Shown here: positions 49,430 through 63,006 of the stretch, in pieces
Layout of the letters: each line of letters opens with the position of its first letter
Position numbering within the stretch: position 1 is the first letter of the stretch
Assembly: GCF_902459465.1 (NCBI RefSeq)
Contig: NC_047075.1
Span: 5,766,001-5,830,000 of the forward strand
Source: Asterias rubens
Lineage: Eukaryota
Direction of reading: 5' to 3'
DNA length: 64,000 bases
The notes under the pieces: model-generated
Told to the model about the DNA's origin: nothing
Seen by the model: the letters and a program-made list of their open reading frames with translations, nothing else
Databases searched by the model: none
Translations under genes and position numbers: made by a program

Positions 49430-49865
49430 TGTCAGACAACTCGTCTGTTGGGAAAACCATCGGTTGGAGTAGACAACTCGACCGTTCAGTCAGCTCGACT
49501 TTGGGACAACTCGACAGCTGGTTGAACGGTCGACCTCCGTTACAGTACACACTTTTTACACGAATGTTCTGTATAAATGCTGCATTTCTAAAATTTTGTG
49601 AAAAATTGGGTAACCCCCTCCGGAGGAAGCTCAAGCAGGTGTGATTTCGACAAACCCGCGGGGCACGCCCATATGCGCCAAGTCAGTAGTAAATATAAAC
49701 GGTCTCCGCCCCCTCCTTCAGAACGGTCGAGATTTCTCAACCGTCGAGTTGTCCGAACGGTCGAGTTGTCTCCACAATCGAGTTGTTCGAACGGTCGAGT
49801 TGTATGACAACCGTCGTCGAGTTGTCTGAATGGTCGAGTTGTCCCGACGGACACAATCCGCCCAC
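49430..49865. mobile_element. MITE-like element with inverted arrays of a subterminal motif
   Basis: GACAACTCGAC motifs on the left face several GTCGAGTTGTC motifs on the right. Confidence 0.55.
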
Positions 49866-51379
49866 CCCCACCCGGGGGGACACGCCCATGCACCGAGTCA
49901 GTACACTTGGTACTTGCTTTAATCCCTTATTTAACAGCCCCATCTGGGCTAAACTGGGAGGGTGGGAAAGTGACGTCAACAGCTAGGCGGATAAGGTGCC
50001 AAAAGAAAAAATTAAAGGTGCACTTTTTACAGGTGCAGGAAAAGAAGGAAAGAATTTAATAACAATATTGCCATGTAGAGGCTGCATTGCTCGGATGATG
50101 GCAGGGATGGCTGATGTTTGGAAGACCTAATATATAGGTATACAGTACGAACCCGCGACTACTGTGCACATAAGTCATCCGCACTCGTACCACTAACCGC
50201 ATGCGGACGGTCGACGCATGCGGATAGTGTACGGGGGGCATCGTGTCGTGCGATGTTACGCACAGTGAATACGGGTGGGTTTTTATACAGCGGCGGTCTT
50301 TTTTCGGAGTGAATAATTCGACTGCCTTGAGAGCAAGGCTACCACACGTCTAATGAAAAGTGAGGCAGGGTTAATCCTAAAGAGGGCGCTATTGCAGGCC
50401 GGGCCGATTGTCACAAAATGTCGATACATAAATTGGCCGTTTTTCAAGATGAAAAGAGCATTGGGAATGCTGTTTCCGCCGACACGGTAATTATTAGTGG
50501 GCACTCTTTAATGAATTCGATAAAATGTTTCCGTGATTCATGTACTAATGCTAATACACTGCATTTTTAAAACCCAACTGTATAGTGATTAACATTATAA
50601 AATTATTAATTAGTTTTCTACCTCCACAGTGTGATGCATGTCGTGTCCACAAAACACTTGTAAAGTGACGTTGTTGTTTACGTTACTAAGGGCCAGTTCA
50701 CTCCGTCTAGTCTCTCCATGGGCGCTTTATGGCAATTAGGCTACAGTAATAGCTACAGGAGTTAGCTGCGGCTTTTCTTAAGATGGTGCTTTTGAGACTA
50801 TTGTATTGTAATCCTGGTGTCATATGGGTTTCCACTTCCAGTAGGATACAGGAAAAATTTCCACAATCAAACTATTTGTTTTAAAATCATCTCTACTAAC
50901 CAAGCCAAGCAACCTTTATCGTAGGACTCTTGTGCGCGATGTAAACGGTCCCTAGATACAACATTTTTGGTTTTACTTGCCTAGCAAAGAGTCTCCTCTC
51001 CCTTGACCAAAACTTAGAAACACGTAAGGCTCCACTGGTTATTTGCACTTTTAAATGCAAAAAGTTTGGTATTTTAGGCATTTCTACAAGGTACAAAAAT
51101 ATGTCATAATGTTGAGGCCATATAAAAAATATTGACCACCGAAAAAGTTTCATCAAACACTATTTCAATTCACAAATCACGATGATCAAATCATGTGACT
51201 GAACATTCTGCTGAGCATTCTGGGGAAAAAATACAGAGGCTTAAAGAAGCCATTAGGCCCTACAAACATGTGCCTTATATTATTTTTATTTTTGTTGTTA
51301 GATTGTTTATTAAAAATTAAACATTAGCTTGGTGATTCAATTATCACTTATTATTTTTACGCTTTATTTTAAATATTAA

Positions 51380-51747
51380 AGCTATTATACACGTTCGGTA
51401 CAGGGGGGAAAAAAGGTCACAGATTTACAAATAATTAACAGGGCTTACAGAATAAGGTAATGGTGAAAGACTTCTCTTGAAATATTGTTCCATGAAATGC
51501 ATTACTTTTTGAGAAAACATTAAAACGATATCAATTTTTGATAGCGAGAATTACGGATTTATTTTAAACACATCTCATGACACGGCGAAACGTGCAGAAA
51601 CAAGAGTGGGTTTTCCCGTTATTTTCTCCCGATTCCGATGACCGATTGAGCTTAAATTTTCACAGGTTTGTTATTTTAGAATATAAGTTGTGATACCTGA
51701 AGTGTGGGCCTTTGGACAATACTGTTTACCGGAAGTATATAATGGCT
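51380..51747. mobile_element. TTAA-flanked MITE, family B
   Basis: Homologous to 44814-45178. Confidence 0.75.
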
Positions 51748-53869
51748 TTCAGGGGAATTTATTTTATAATTAAAAAAAATCGGATTTAAAAGCCAATAAT
51801 TATTCACACATTTTTATTTTTTTTTTGCAAATTACCATGGTAATTTTTAAAATGTCATAAAAAATATTGTGAATAAAATGAGGACAACTGCTGGCTATAG
51901 AGTCATACACAGAGTCTGACAGAACACTTGCAATCACTGCAGATATTTCTGGCTTCACCGGGAAACCATTCTTTCTCGTTTGCCTTGAAAACAGGAAAAA
52001 CTCAAAACAAATGGGACCAGTTGAAGTCAGTTAAAATTTCAATATCCATCAAGTTTTAATTTATGTTTGCATACTCAATATAAACAAATAAAGATAATTA
52101 GGGCATCGGTTGATATATAGCATCATTATTTTTTCCCAATTCAAAGAAAAAGGCATATACATGTACCGTAAAAACTGGTAAGAGGAGGATATAGGATAGA
52201 TAGAAGCAAGACACTTTGACTTTGCACTTTATTGTGTGTTGAAATCTTAGTTAAAAGTTTAGTTTTGGTCTTAATTTGCGAGAGATATTCCACCATTTAC
52301 AGTGGTACATGTAACGCAATATATGGAAAGGTTTGCGGTAACACTAACACCATGTCTAGATTAAACAGCATGCAGCATCAGACTTGGTGATTAGTCAGAA
52401 GGGTCCACTTTCTCCAGAAGACGATCAGAGTATATTTATATCCTGGTGTCACTGTGGGTTTTTAGTAGAATGGAATAACAGGAAATTTGTTTACAATCAA
52501 AAACTAATATATTTATATATTTTTTTAAATCATCTATCCAACCTTTTTACGATGACGTGTACTTGCACGGTGTTGAAACCTTAAAATTTGTGGTCTTAGG
52601 TTGCGAGAGATACTCCGCCATTTACAGCGCTAGGGGAGATGCAGGAGAGTTGAGCCGGATAACTTTCCATATCACGCCACCACTTTTTCACTAATTTTTA
52701 CAAAAAAGGATATCTCATTGAGGTCAATTAGATCTGTATTATTTCATTTCGTATGGAAAAGTGGTGGCGCCATGATACGGAAAGTTGACCCACCCCCCAA
52801 ATCACCACTATAAAATAGAGTGGTTGAGTCCATCTGCCCTATGTTGGTAGTGTACATGTATACCAAACTGTCTTTTTGGCTACAACAGAGAATGTGAGAG
52901 ATAGGCCTAAGTGCTCAAAGTGGGCAGTATCTAAATTCCACTAAAATGTGAATTTTGGAACTCCAGATAAATAAGACCCTTTCTATTACTTATGTGTTTA
53001 GCGATGAAATTAGTGATAATGTGTCTAAAAGCCTAAATATTTTGTTTATTATGGTAACTTTAATTGGATCTCATTCGATGGTTATAAATCAAAATCAAGT
53101 CACATAATATACATGTAGGAGAATTGAGCGATTGGGAGAGTTGAACATAGGAAATAGCCATGTGATAAAATATAATTCAGAATTCATTAAAAAAGTTGTC
53201 GGGAATAGTTTTAGAATGCCAGTTTGGATCAAAGTATTATTGCAATTATGAGTTTCACTTTTACCATGGATAAACCAATTTCAGAAAATTATTTTCTGAT
53301 TTCCAAAGTCCCATTGATTATTGTGGTGGTTCAACTTACCCACACTGGTGGCTCAACTTACCCATAGTCCTGGAGAGTTGAGCCACTTCGCCCTTTTCTT
53401 TTCAAGCATCTCCCATGAATAAACAATAGCAGTTGGTTCAATTATTATGTTATACTAAGTAAGTCAACACACTTTAAAAGCTTTACTTAAAGCATTTAGT
53501 TAGGGGATCCTGCATTTCATCTCTGTCCCAACTCTTCCGCCTATCTCCCCTCTAAATGCATGAACGACATTTTAGAGCAACGTCATATGTTTTCATTACT
53601 TTTTGGTTGGTATTTTATTGAATATTTGGAAGCTAGTATGGACTATGGCGTGTGAAATAAATCATAAATCTCATTCTATTAGGCCCTATACATTTTTGTG
53701 ATATAAGACCTACATTGTATGGCTACTTGATTAGAATCCTGATATCACAAGCCATGACAGTAACACCTTCATCCCCCGTTCAGCACAAACACTTAAAAAC
53801 ATTCTGTTTTTTCCCCATTTCAGACCAGCTATGTTTGGTTACAGGAGATAAGAAACCCACTGCTATTTT

Positions 53870-54130
53870 TCTCTTTAATGTGTATTTATTACGTTTATCA
53901 TAATTTATTAGTCTGCAAATATTTCTTTTCACCTAAAATATTGTATTTTTTTCAAAAAATTGACACGCCAGAATCCCAGATACTTGGGATTCTGTGGCGT
54001 GCCAATATGGGACACAACAAAATAAAAATAGCCTATTTTGGTTGAAAATAAAAAAGAAATAAAATCTTTGATTAACTGCAGACTTAATAAATTTTTGATA
54101 AACGTAGTTAATAATATGTCTACATTAAAG
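53870..54130. repeat. Imperfect foldback palindrome
   Basis: Centre CACGCCAGAATCCCA-GATACT-TGGGATTCTGTGGCGTG; outer arms TTTATCATAATTTATTAGTCTGCA / TGCAGACTTAATAAATTTTTGATAAA. Confidence 0.6.
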
Positions 54131-56465
54131 ACAATTATAGGGGTTTCTTCTTAGCCTTCTTCCTTGAAAAGTGCAGCCTTCAAACAGTTGAAAAAGTATG
54201 CACTGCATGTGAGCGCATGGTTTGACTTAGGCAACAGGAATTTGTGTCAGGTGCAGATAGAATTATGTGCGAGTAAAAAACTGGAGATGAGGTCACTTGA
54301 TCAGCACAAACAAAACCACTGATCCTGAACTAAAAATCCGCTTTGTGTACGATCACCCGAAAAAAAATTGAGATCCAGATTTGCGTCCGGGTATTTTTCA
54401 ATCTCTGATCGGTCTCCTAATACCACGTAAACTTGATTTCAATCTGAGGGTGCTGTAATTTCTCTGCATCAGCCACACGGAATTCCCCAATAGATTTGCT
54501 ACCACACTCTAACTTCCTCAATCAGGACAAAAAAAACACACGATCACAGACTAAAGTCTAAATACCAGGCTGATTGTCAAAATGTAGTCAGGATGCCCTG
54601 CGACACAGAGAAAAATGCGCTTGAAATGCCGTTGCAAAATAGCCGACATCTGGGTACCAGTCGCTGCACACTACATATAAAAAGGTCTATATAACGCATT
54701 GAAACGGTGGTTTGTATCTTGAAGTTTTTTCTAAAAAAACTTTGCCTGGGCGCACAGAGATTTTGTCCTGGTTCAATTTTTTGGAGAATTTTGTCCCCGC
54801 AGCGCCCCGGACAAAACTGCGTGTGGAGAACCCTGTGCTAATTGACGCAGGTGAAACTATAAATAATATATATATAAATAAGGGAATAAATTAAGGGTAG
54901 CGATGAGTTCTTTAACGGCCATTTAAAACAGGCAGGGTCGTAATTGCCAGGTGATTAAAGGCCTGAGCTGAAGGCGAGGGCCTTTATCGCACCGCAACGA
55001 CCCTGCAAGGTTTTAAACGGCCGTTAAAGAACGAGTCACTACTCTTTTATTCCCATTCATAAATGCCTTTTTGGTTAAAGGCGTGATAAAGTAAGAAACT
55101 GTGTAAAACTTATCCGTTTCCGACGTGCTTGAGCTCTGTATGTCCGTGTGTTGCATTGTTATGACTGCAGAGATGCCTATTTCCGACAGTTTCCAGATTC
55201 CTTCGTGCGCGTATAGTCTTGCAAGACGTTTTCGTTTTCCTTTCACACACAGCGCGGCCAACTCGCCAACAGCATCAAGAAGCGGACTAACCGGTTTTAA
55301 ACAGAGTCCAGCTGGTCATTATCAACCGTTTAAACACCCCCATATGACGCACTCTCCGCCAATAGGAATAGCGAAACTGTCTGAGTTATTTATGAATACC
55401 TTATTAAATAAAACGAAAATGCAAATTATTAAACACTTTGAGGGAGACTTTGACTCTAGAGTGAACCATATCAGTCAAATTAAAACAACTTTAAATGCAA
55501 AACGAGGTACAGCAATATTACGAGCAATAACTGGGAACTGATCTAGGGTGGAACTTAAACATTAAACACTTGAAAGACAAGTCCAGCATTAACTCACAAC
55601 AGCGAAATTACTTATAATAAACTTACAGTAGTTGCCGGGAGACTGAACTCTTTATCATCCATACACATGGGCATCATTCTGCAGTATTCTGGGGCTTACT
55701 GCAGCCTTCTGGGGCTTACTGCGGCATTGTGGGGGTGCTGTAGACATTACATAAACCAATAATAAATATAGGCCTATGCAAAGCAAGGGGGATAGACAAT
55801 ACATAAACTGACAATAAATGCGAAGCAAGGGGGAATAATTTGTTTACTACCAAACAATTCCAAGCAATGGTACAGATACTAAATATAATGAGTAGCAATA
55901 AAATGAATCTAACAAGAAATTAAACTCCGAAGCTGTGAGCCTAAGGGGACCGAGTGTTGGAGTAGGTTCAACGGCCATTAAATAACAGGAACAACAAGAA
56001 AACAACATCTTGCAAAATTTACCAAATGAAGATGTGTTTATAATATCAGGAAAGTTTATGCTTAAAACTATCATAGTTGTAAACAAGATGGTTATTTATG
56101 GGAGATGATTACAAAAAAATACTCCAACTGAATTCAACGGAAACAGGAACAGAAATGACCCAACAGTCCTCGCTACATGAAACAGCTAAGCAGCCAACGC
56201 CCACCATACATGTATGTACGTCAGCACCCAATGCATACATGGCATTCCAAGAGCAGTTAATACAAAGTGAATAGGGGACAGGACAAAACTAGGAATACCG
56301 AAGAATTATACACACAAAAACACTTATCGATGGAGGTAACAGGTCTATAGTACATGTTTGTGCAATTGAGGGTTGTACACTACTCAAATGACATGCCCTA
56401 CAACATGCCACCATCTGTTTTCAACACACTCACAGAAAGAATGTTTTTTTTATGTTTAATTGTAG

Positions 56466-56539
56466 CTGGTTAAACTGGAGATGGAGGCTAATGGGATGAG
56501 GAAAAATCTTGATGTGACGCAGCTTTTTCTTGCACACAA
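56466..56539 (+). CDS. LRRC72: LRRC72 exon (LVKLEMEANGMRKNLDVTQLFLAHK)
   Basis: TTGTAG acceptor, CAA|GTAAGT donor; resembles LRRC72 'DVFELFLSKK'; phase-2 end joins the next exon. Confidence 0.8.
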
Positions 56540-57961
56540 GTAAGTGATTCTTTCTTTCCTTGAACTTTAACGAAGGAAACAAATGACTGAACCTAAAGAA
56601 ATGTTGTCTGAGCAATAATACCTCAACAGTATTGTCATTTCAACTCCAAAAACGGAAGCCTCCTATTATTTAGATGGATAAGGTCAAATGATGAGAAGAG
56701 GACTGCCTTGCGGGGCATTGGTGTTTGTAAACACAACTTTTCTTGTTTTAAATTGAAACTCCTGGGTATACATGAATGCTGTACACATTTAGTGTACTGT
56801 GCACAAGTTATACCCACAATGGTTTATTGTTAATGCATTTATTCAAAAGATAGATTTTAAAATTGCATTGGGAGAATAAATGAATGAACACATTAAAAAA
56901 GTCCTGCCCATTTCATTGTAGCTGTACTGGTAAGCATCCATGATAATGCACATGGGCTGACTATCATTCCCAATGTGAACCAGATGGAGTTTTGAATTCA
57001 ACATTTTGTGGACAAGCTTGCCCATATCTTGCATAATTTTGCAATAGATGAGAGCAATGCAGCTGCTATACGCTGAGATGGATTGGCCAAATGCTACCCA
57101 ATGTGAATGCACTATTATTTACAGTAGGCCCTACAGCTGAAAACAGACACAGTACAAACTCCAAATTCAGAAAGGGTGTTTTAATTCATGCTTCCATCAC
57201 TTTGAACAAAAGTTAATAGAAAATTTTAATTTGCATTTTTGTTTAACTTAAAATCAACTACACACATATTTTAAATTTAAAAAAATTAAATGCCCTGCAT
57301 ATTGCACAATGGCTTTTAAAATCAAAGAGAAACACTAAGAAAAACACTGAACCAATCGGGAAGACACTAGACAACAAATGGAAATTAACCCTCCCCCCCA
57401 AAAAAAAACGTTTGAGTAAAAGAAAAGAAAAAACAAACACACGCATAACAAACGAACACACATAAATAAAACAACTAAACAAATAAATAATTATAAACCA
57501 ACCAAAAAACAAAACAAAAAACACTAGTCCGAAACAGTGTCTGCCATCTTGACCAAGTTGTACACAACATTAAACAGCCGAAGAACTTTAGCAGTTCATC
57601 CTCGTCCAAAGGGTTGTTTTTATTAAGAGTGAAAATAGTTTGTATTGCGACTCGTCGCGCTTACGACGTGTTTGGTGAAATGGGTTGTGGAACTCGTCGT
57701 AGCCGCGACGTGTCTTAGGTCTGCAACGCTTGCGATGAGTTTCGTGAAATCGGGGGCAGGAAGTTACCAGACCCAAATGTCCAATGCGAAAACGGCTTGT
57801 CTGCTGCAACCTACATGTGTCCCCAAAAATCTCCAGTCTGTAATGTCATGTACGTTTTGTTTGGCTGTGGCCTAGAGCTTAGATTTGTTTGTTTTGTCAG
57901 CAAATTTATTATAGTCAGGAAACAGATTTTAACAAAGTATGATTTGTGTACAATTACACAG

Positions 57962-58088
57962 GAACCTTGAAACAGTTTGTAGTTTTGGAAGCTTCAAGCA
58001 TCTGAATGAATTGTGGTTGAATGGCAACAGACTTCGACATGTTACCTGTTTGAAAGACAACCTCAGAATTTCTCATCTCTTCCTACAG
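57962..58088 (+). CDS. LRRC72: LRRC72 exon (NLETVCSFGSFKHLNELWLNGNRLRHVTCLKDNLRISHLFLQ)
   Basis: LxxLxLxxNxL repeats; CACAG acceptor, CAG|GTGAAT donor; phase 2-0. Confidence 0.88.
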
Positions 58089-58864
58089 GTGAATTGTCAT
58101 GTTGTATAGTATTTAAACTTGATAACTTCATAACTATTACACACATATTTACTGGCAATTAGGTAGGCCTAACTAGTGTACGTCTATTCCCCCGAGGGAC
58201 TTTGGGTGACCAGAAGAGGAAAGTATGTTCCCTCTTCTGGTCACTCACAGGTCCGAGGTGTACATGTAGACTAGTTACCGAATTATGCCAGTCAATATGT
58301 GTTTTATAAGAAATAAAATTGTTTTTTAGTTCAATTTTAATGTTTCTCAGGAGTTTCATCGGCTAAACACTAAAAAGTAAAAAGTTTTGTTTCACATAAA
58401 CTACCCATGCATGAAGAATTTCAGAAATTGATGATGTACAGTGTAGAGGCCCTAAAGGGACAGGTGACCAAAAGGGTAGTGGTCAAATTATTTTTTACCC
58501 TCTATTATAAATTTTATAAATTTTTATTTCCCCCAAAAACACTTATTTGAGGGAACAAAAAAAAGCAAACTTGATCAGACTTTGCTATCAATATTACCAG
58601 CAGTGTTTGAAGATTATACCCCATTCTTAGTAAAATAACAAATCCCACTAGAGACTCACTTCTAGCATAGAGTATTTCTTACAATTTTACCTTAGAACAG
58701 TGCTCTTTCCATTGCAATGTGTACACACCACTCATAATTTATGTCGCATAAATTTATCTGAAAAGGATACCGTCATTGGGCTTTTTGGCAACTCAACAGC
58801 AAGCGTTGTTGAGTTGTGGTCAAAATTGTTTTTGTATTTATTTATCAAACATTGTTATGGGATG

Positions 58865-61300
58865 TAGTCAGGTGGCTTAGCGTAAAATATCAAGGTTACC
58901 ATTACACGGCGGACAAAAGCACCATTTTTGGCACAGGGCCTCCTAAGGGTCTATTAATCAATATAAGCCGAGGAGCCCTCCGGAATTTGTAATAGTTTTT
59001 ATGTAAATCACAAAATTTCAAAATGGCCGCCTACATAACAAAATATCACCTTTTTAATTTAATTTTTTTTTTTTTTTTTTTTATTTTTACAAATTTTGTT
59101 TGGGGGGAAGACCTCTGGTTGCAGGTTAAATGTGAATATAAAACAATCATGAATCATCTGAATATCTAGATAAAACAAAATTTTTAAGCAAACAAACGGT
59201 ACTATCTCACACCACGGAGACTTCAATGAGTTCTCATTTTTTTCAAGTACAGGGGAGTGTTAAGTCTAATAAAAAACATACGGTGTACACAGTTTATACC
59301 ACCTTTGTGGAAAGGAAAATCACACTCTTTCCCGACAGCTGCTACGCCTATAATGTACCAGCCATAACTTTAAAGACGATGCCAGATTGTATACGTGTTA
59401 CATGTATGTTTCCAGTCGAGAGGTGCTTAGATGGGTAGAGCATTCAAAAAACAAAAAACTCTCCTATTCTTTGAGAAGTCCCCACTCCTGCTATGATCAA
59501 GCATGCAATGGATGTTGAGAGACAAACTGTAAAATGTCTTAGTCCATGACAAATCCAGTCAATACTTTGACCAACCTGTGTTCACCCTGCGAGAGTAAGC
59601 GTGCTACATGTAGGTGGTCTGCTAACAGAAAAGGCACTCTGGAATAATATTGGGGATGTCTCTGCTTGAAGTTTCTGGCCGGACCGTACAATATTTTTCT
59701 AAGAGGTAGCATTATCTGGTGTGGCTGACTTGCATCTGAAGGCATCCCACACACTAACTCAATAGGCAAGCCCACAAGATCACTCTCCTGTCTCTGCACA
59801 TCTCCATGAGTGAGGATTTCATGCCCAGTGAGGGCCCCAAAGATAAAGAGTCTGCCACAGCTTGAAGAAACAATAATATGCAGAGGAGAAATCTCACTTT
59901 TATGTACTTTCATCTAAAACTGATCCTTATGGTCTAAACTAACTATGCTTGAAGTTTCATGCTTTTCTCAAAAAGTGCACAATCTTCCTAATATGGGAGC
60001 TTATCCGCTGTACTATTGGACCCGATCATGAGACAAAAACCTCATTTTCATCTTCATCGGGGCTCACAGAGAGAATCCTCCCCTCTTTCTGTATGTTGAT
60101 TGTCTTGCATGAACTCACACTGATGTTCTTTGCCTTGAACCATGTAAACTACTCACGGAGGATGCCTGCTGTCCGCATCAGAGATGAACTCCTTGCCTTA
60201 TCAATGATAAGTTTGAGAAGTTTTTCGCTTGGTCCTTTCCAAGACAACTCACAATTAATTCTCTGTGATCCCTATGATCAAGCTCATGAGCAGAAGAACA
60301 TGATTGTGAAAGATTCAGGTGGAGCGTTTGGGCTCACAGAAAACCTGTTGTTTTTATTAGTGATGGATGCTCTCAGGATCAGATACTGGCTGCTGAAGCA
60401 ACTTCAAGAAGAATGCCTTCTCAAAAATGTTAGAGATATCCGGGAGAACTTCCAGCAGAATGATCAGGGCCTCCCAACAGAGGAGATCTCCCAGCCACAG
60501 ATTGTCAGCCTCTCAAATGCCATCAGATGAATGGGCAATCCTCCTTGGATTATTTTTCAGGTCGCATGTGCATAGATGAATCAATGGTAGCTGAATTATG
60601 CACCTTGTGGGCTTGGATACAGGCAGAGAAAGATAACTTTGTCAAGAATGTATGATGTGCGCAACCACTAATGTCCATGATCGGGGGATGATCGACCTCC
60701 CGCTCCACCACAAAACCAGAAGAAAACAATAAATAAATAAAATAATTTTTTTTTACATAGTTGGGACTTTACAAACAGTTGTTCTAATTATTATTATTAT
60801 TATTATCATTTTTAACAAATATATTATATCCTGTAAATGGGGGTTATAATCTGTGCATGGTGAGCATTGTGATTATGTGAAACTAAAAACTGATAGGCCA
60901 GAAACCCCCTGTCTTCAGAATGTTTGGATCCGCCCCTAAGAGGGTGAGATTTGATCGGGTTAAACTAGGGGGGGGGGGTGCTGATTGAAAGTTGAGTTTC
61001 TGCGTTATTTAAAAAGCAAAAAAACATTTTAGTACATTTGTGTACTCCTATATTGTCCAACTACCTGTATTAAGTCACTTAGCAACCACCCTGAGGTTTT
61101 TATGACTCCCAGGACTCGAGAAAAGATATATTTTGTCATATTTGGCGGCCATTTTGAAATTTTCTGATGTACATAAAAAACAACAAAATTTCCGGAGGGC
61201 TCCTCGGCTAATACTTATTAATAGACCCTTAGGAAGCCCTGTGCCAAAAATGGTGCTTTTGTCCGCTGTGTAACGGTAGTTTCGCTAAGCCACCTGACTA
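58865..61300 (+). mobile_element. Academ DNA transposon, internally deleted and decayed, in an LRRC72 intron
   Basis: ATG|TAGTCAGGTGGCTTAGCG ... CGCTAAGCCACCTGACTA|ATG: TAG termini, 3-bp TSD, ~175-bp imperfect TIRs. Confidence 0.88.
59470..60530 (+). pseudogene. Academ transposase remnant
   Basis: PAMIKHAMD..DQPV; FFALNHVNYSR; DQAHEQKN..VKDSGGAFGLTEN, characteristic of Academ transposases; contains stops and frameshifts. Confidence 0.82.
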
Positions 61301-61420
61301 ATGTGAGCTGTATTTCTGTATTAATTTGTAAATACATTTCACCAAGTATTACTTCTTCCTTGTTCTCTTAAACTTCTCAAACATTTCTCTAACATAAAAT
61401 GTATGTTTTTTATTTGATAG

Positions 61421-61559
61421 GATAATGAGTTAGTGAGCATTAGTGGGACAATTGGTCATCTAAGCTGTCTCCAGGTTCTGATGCTTCATAACAACCAGCT
61501 CTCTAAACTAGAAGAGACTGTTAATGAAATGAAGAAGATGCAAGCTCTACACACACTAA
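61421..61559 (+). CDS. LRRC72: LRRC72 exon (DNELVSISGTIGHLSCLQVLMLHNNQLSKLEETVNEMKKMQALHTL)
   Basis: TTTGATAG acceptor, A|GTAACT donor; phase 0-1; resembles LRRC72 'LLLHHNELTNIDATVKEL'. Confidence 0.9.
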
Positions 61560-61770
61560 GTAACTATACAAATGTTGACTTTATCACGTGTACAATGGTT
61601 AAATCTGCCTTGATCCCTATAGCACATACTAGCGCATTCCCAAGCCATTGACCCGTGCCAATTACTCTAGAACAACATAGGCCTATTAATCCATCAAATC
61701 ATACCTTAGAATGTGTTTTGAGCTGTTCCACCACTCAAACCTGAATATAATTCTCTCTTTTGTACTCTAA

Positions 61771-62725
61771 AGTCACCTGGAAGTGGTATTTTGTCAAAAT
61801 AAAAGCTTTTGTCACTAAGATGTGTTTTGATGAGTGGAATGTGAATAAACATTTAACTAAGGTTCTACAAAATTTGTTCTTATTTTATTTACAAATTTAA
61901 GAGTAGGTCCCGACCCAAGAGGGCGCTGTTCGTGACGTCAATCGAGGCACGATATTTGAAGAGAAAATGTGTAGTCTGGCCCCGTACACTCTGTCTGGAT
62001 ACCTGATCGGTATGATGCTTACGTACAGAACTACGGTCACAAAGCAGACTGCACGCACTGTATGGCTGCTGTGCAGACGGTCCATCCGGATTACGGATTA
62101 CCCAGCACGGTGAATCGCATGCAGTGCCAACACAAGATAGTGACGCTTGGCGCAAGCTAAAAACATGCCCTCAAACTTGAAACAATACCAAATTTTTTTC
62201 ACGTTAGGCAAATGTGTGGTGTATTCCGAATTCGAAGCACGACGGCTTGAAGTGTTCGCTGCACGGCGCTGAAAAAGACGACGGACGGACCACTATTGGT
62301 CTTGTGAGTCTGACTTTCGCGGCCCACAACCACCTATACTTGGGATCTGCAGGAAATAGATGCCATCTTTAGTTGTTTTGCTGCATCCAGCAGCAATACA
62401 CCTTGTCAGCATTGCCGGAAAAATGCAAGAAAAAAACTTGTTTTTTTAAATGTACAAACTCACGACTTGGACTTACATGTACTTTGCACGTGTGTTTACT
62501 CTACGCATTGCAGGCAAATTCGAGAGGGGGGTTCTATGTTTGATCGAGGCAAGGTCTGCCTCGATTGACGTCACAAAAGGGGTAGGTGGAGTCGCCCCCC
62601 CAAACAACTTTATCTATTTTTTAAACATATAAATCGGACAAACATTTACTAAAAAAATTGTTTTACTGTTCATAAACATACATATTCTTATGTTTAAAAC
62701 AAACAAATTCTATTTCCAGGTGAAT
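61771..62725. mobile_element. ~950-bp TTAA-type non-autonomous element
   Basis: AGTCACCTGGAAGT ... ATTTCCAGGTGAAT|TTAA inverted ends; internal repeated TGACGTCA / TCGAGGCA motifs. Confidence 0.6.
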
Positions 62726-62916
62726 TTAAATGGGAGTGCTTTAAAGTATTAATACCGTCTCTAGAAAACAAGTGAAAAAAAGGGACTCAAACGACATGAC
62801 TACACTCCTTTCAAATAAAGTTATCCGTTGTGTGACAACTAATTGAACATCAGGTGCTTAACAAACCTACTACATAAATGGTTCCATCTTTCTATCATGT
62901 GTGTCTTTTGTTACAG

Positions 62917-63006
62917 ATTTATACCACAATCCTGTTGCCCAAGAGTATGACTATCGTCTGTTTGTTATCTTCAATATTCCAACACTCAAGTTGCTTGACA
63001 GAGAAG
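62917..63006 (+). CDS. LRRC72: LRRC72 exon, LRR cap (NLYHNPVAQEYDYRLFVIFNIPTLKLLDRE)
   Basis: TTACAG acceptor, G|GTACAT donor; U2A'-type LRRcap NP....YR..V....P.L..LD. Confidence 0.9.

Noticed and set aside
55847-56110. Minus-strand NFPDIINTSSFGKFCKML as a host exon
   Set aside because: Resembles a decayed L2/CR1 C-terminal tail; too degraded to annotate confidently.
57545-57720. Minus-strand start (AAGATGGCAG) suggesting a gene start inside LRRC72
   Set aside because: Stops after 7 codons. Another frame reads LDEDELLKFFGCLML, more like a decayed piggyBac-type fragment; too short to call.
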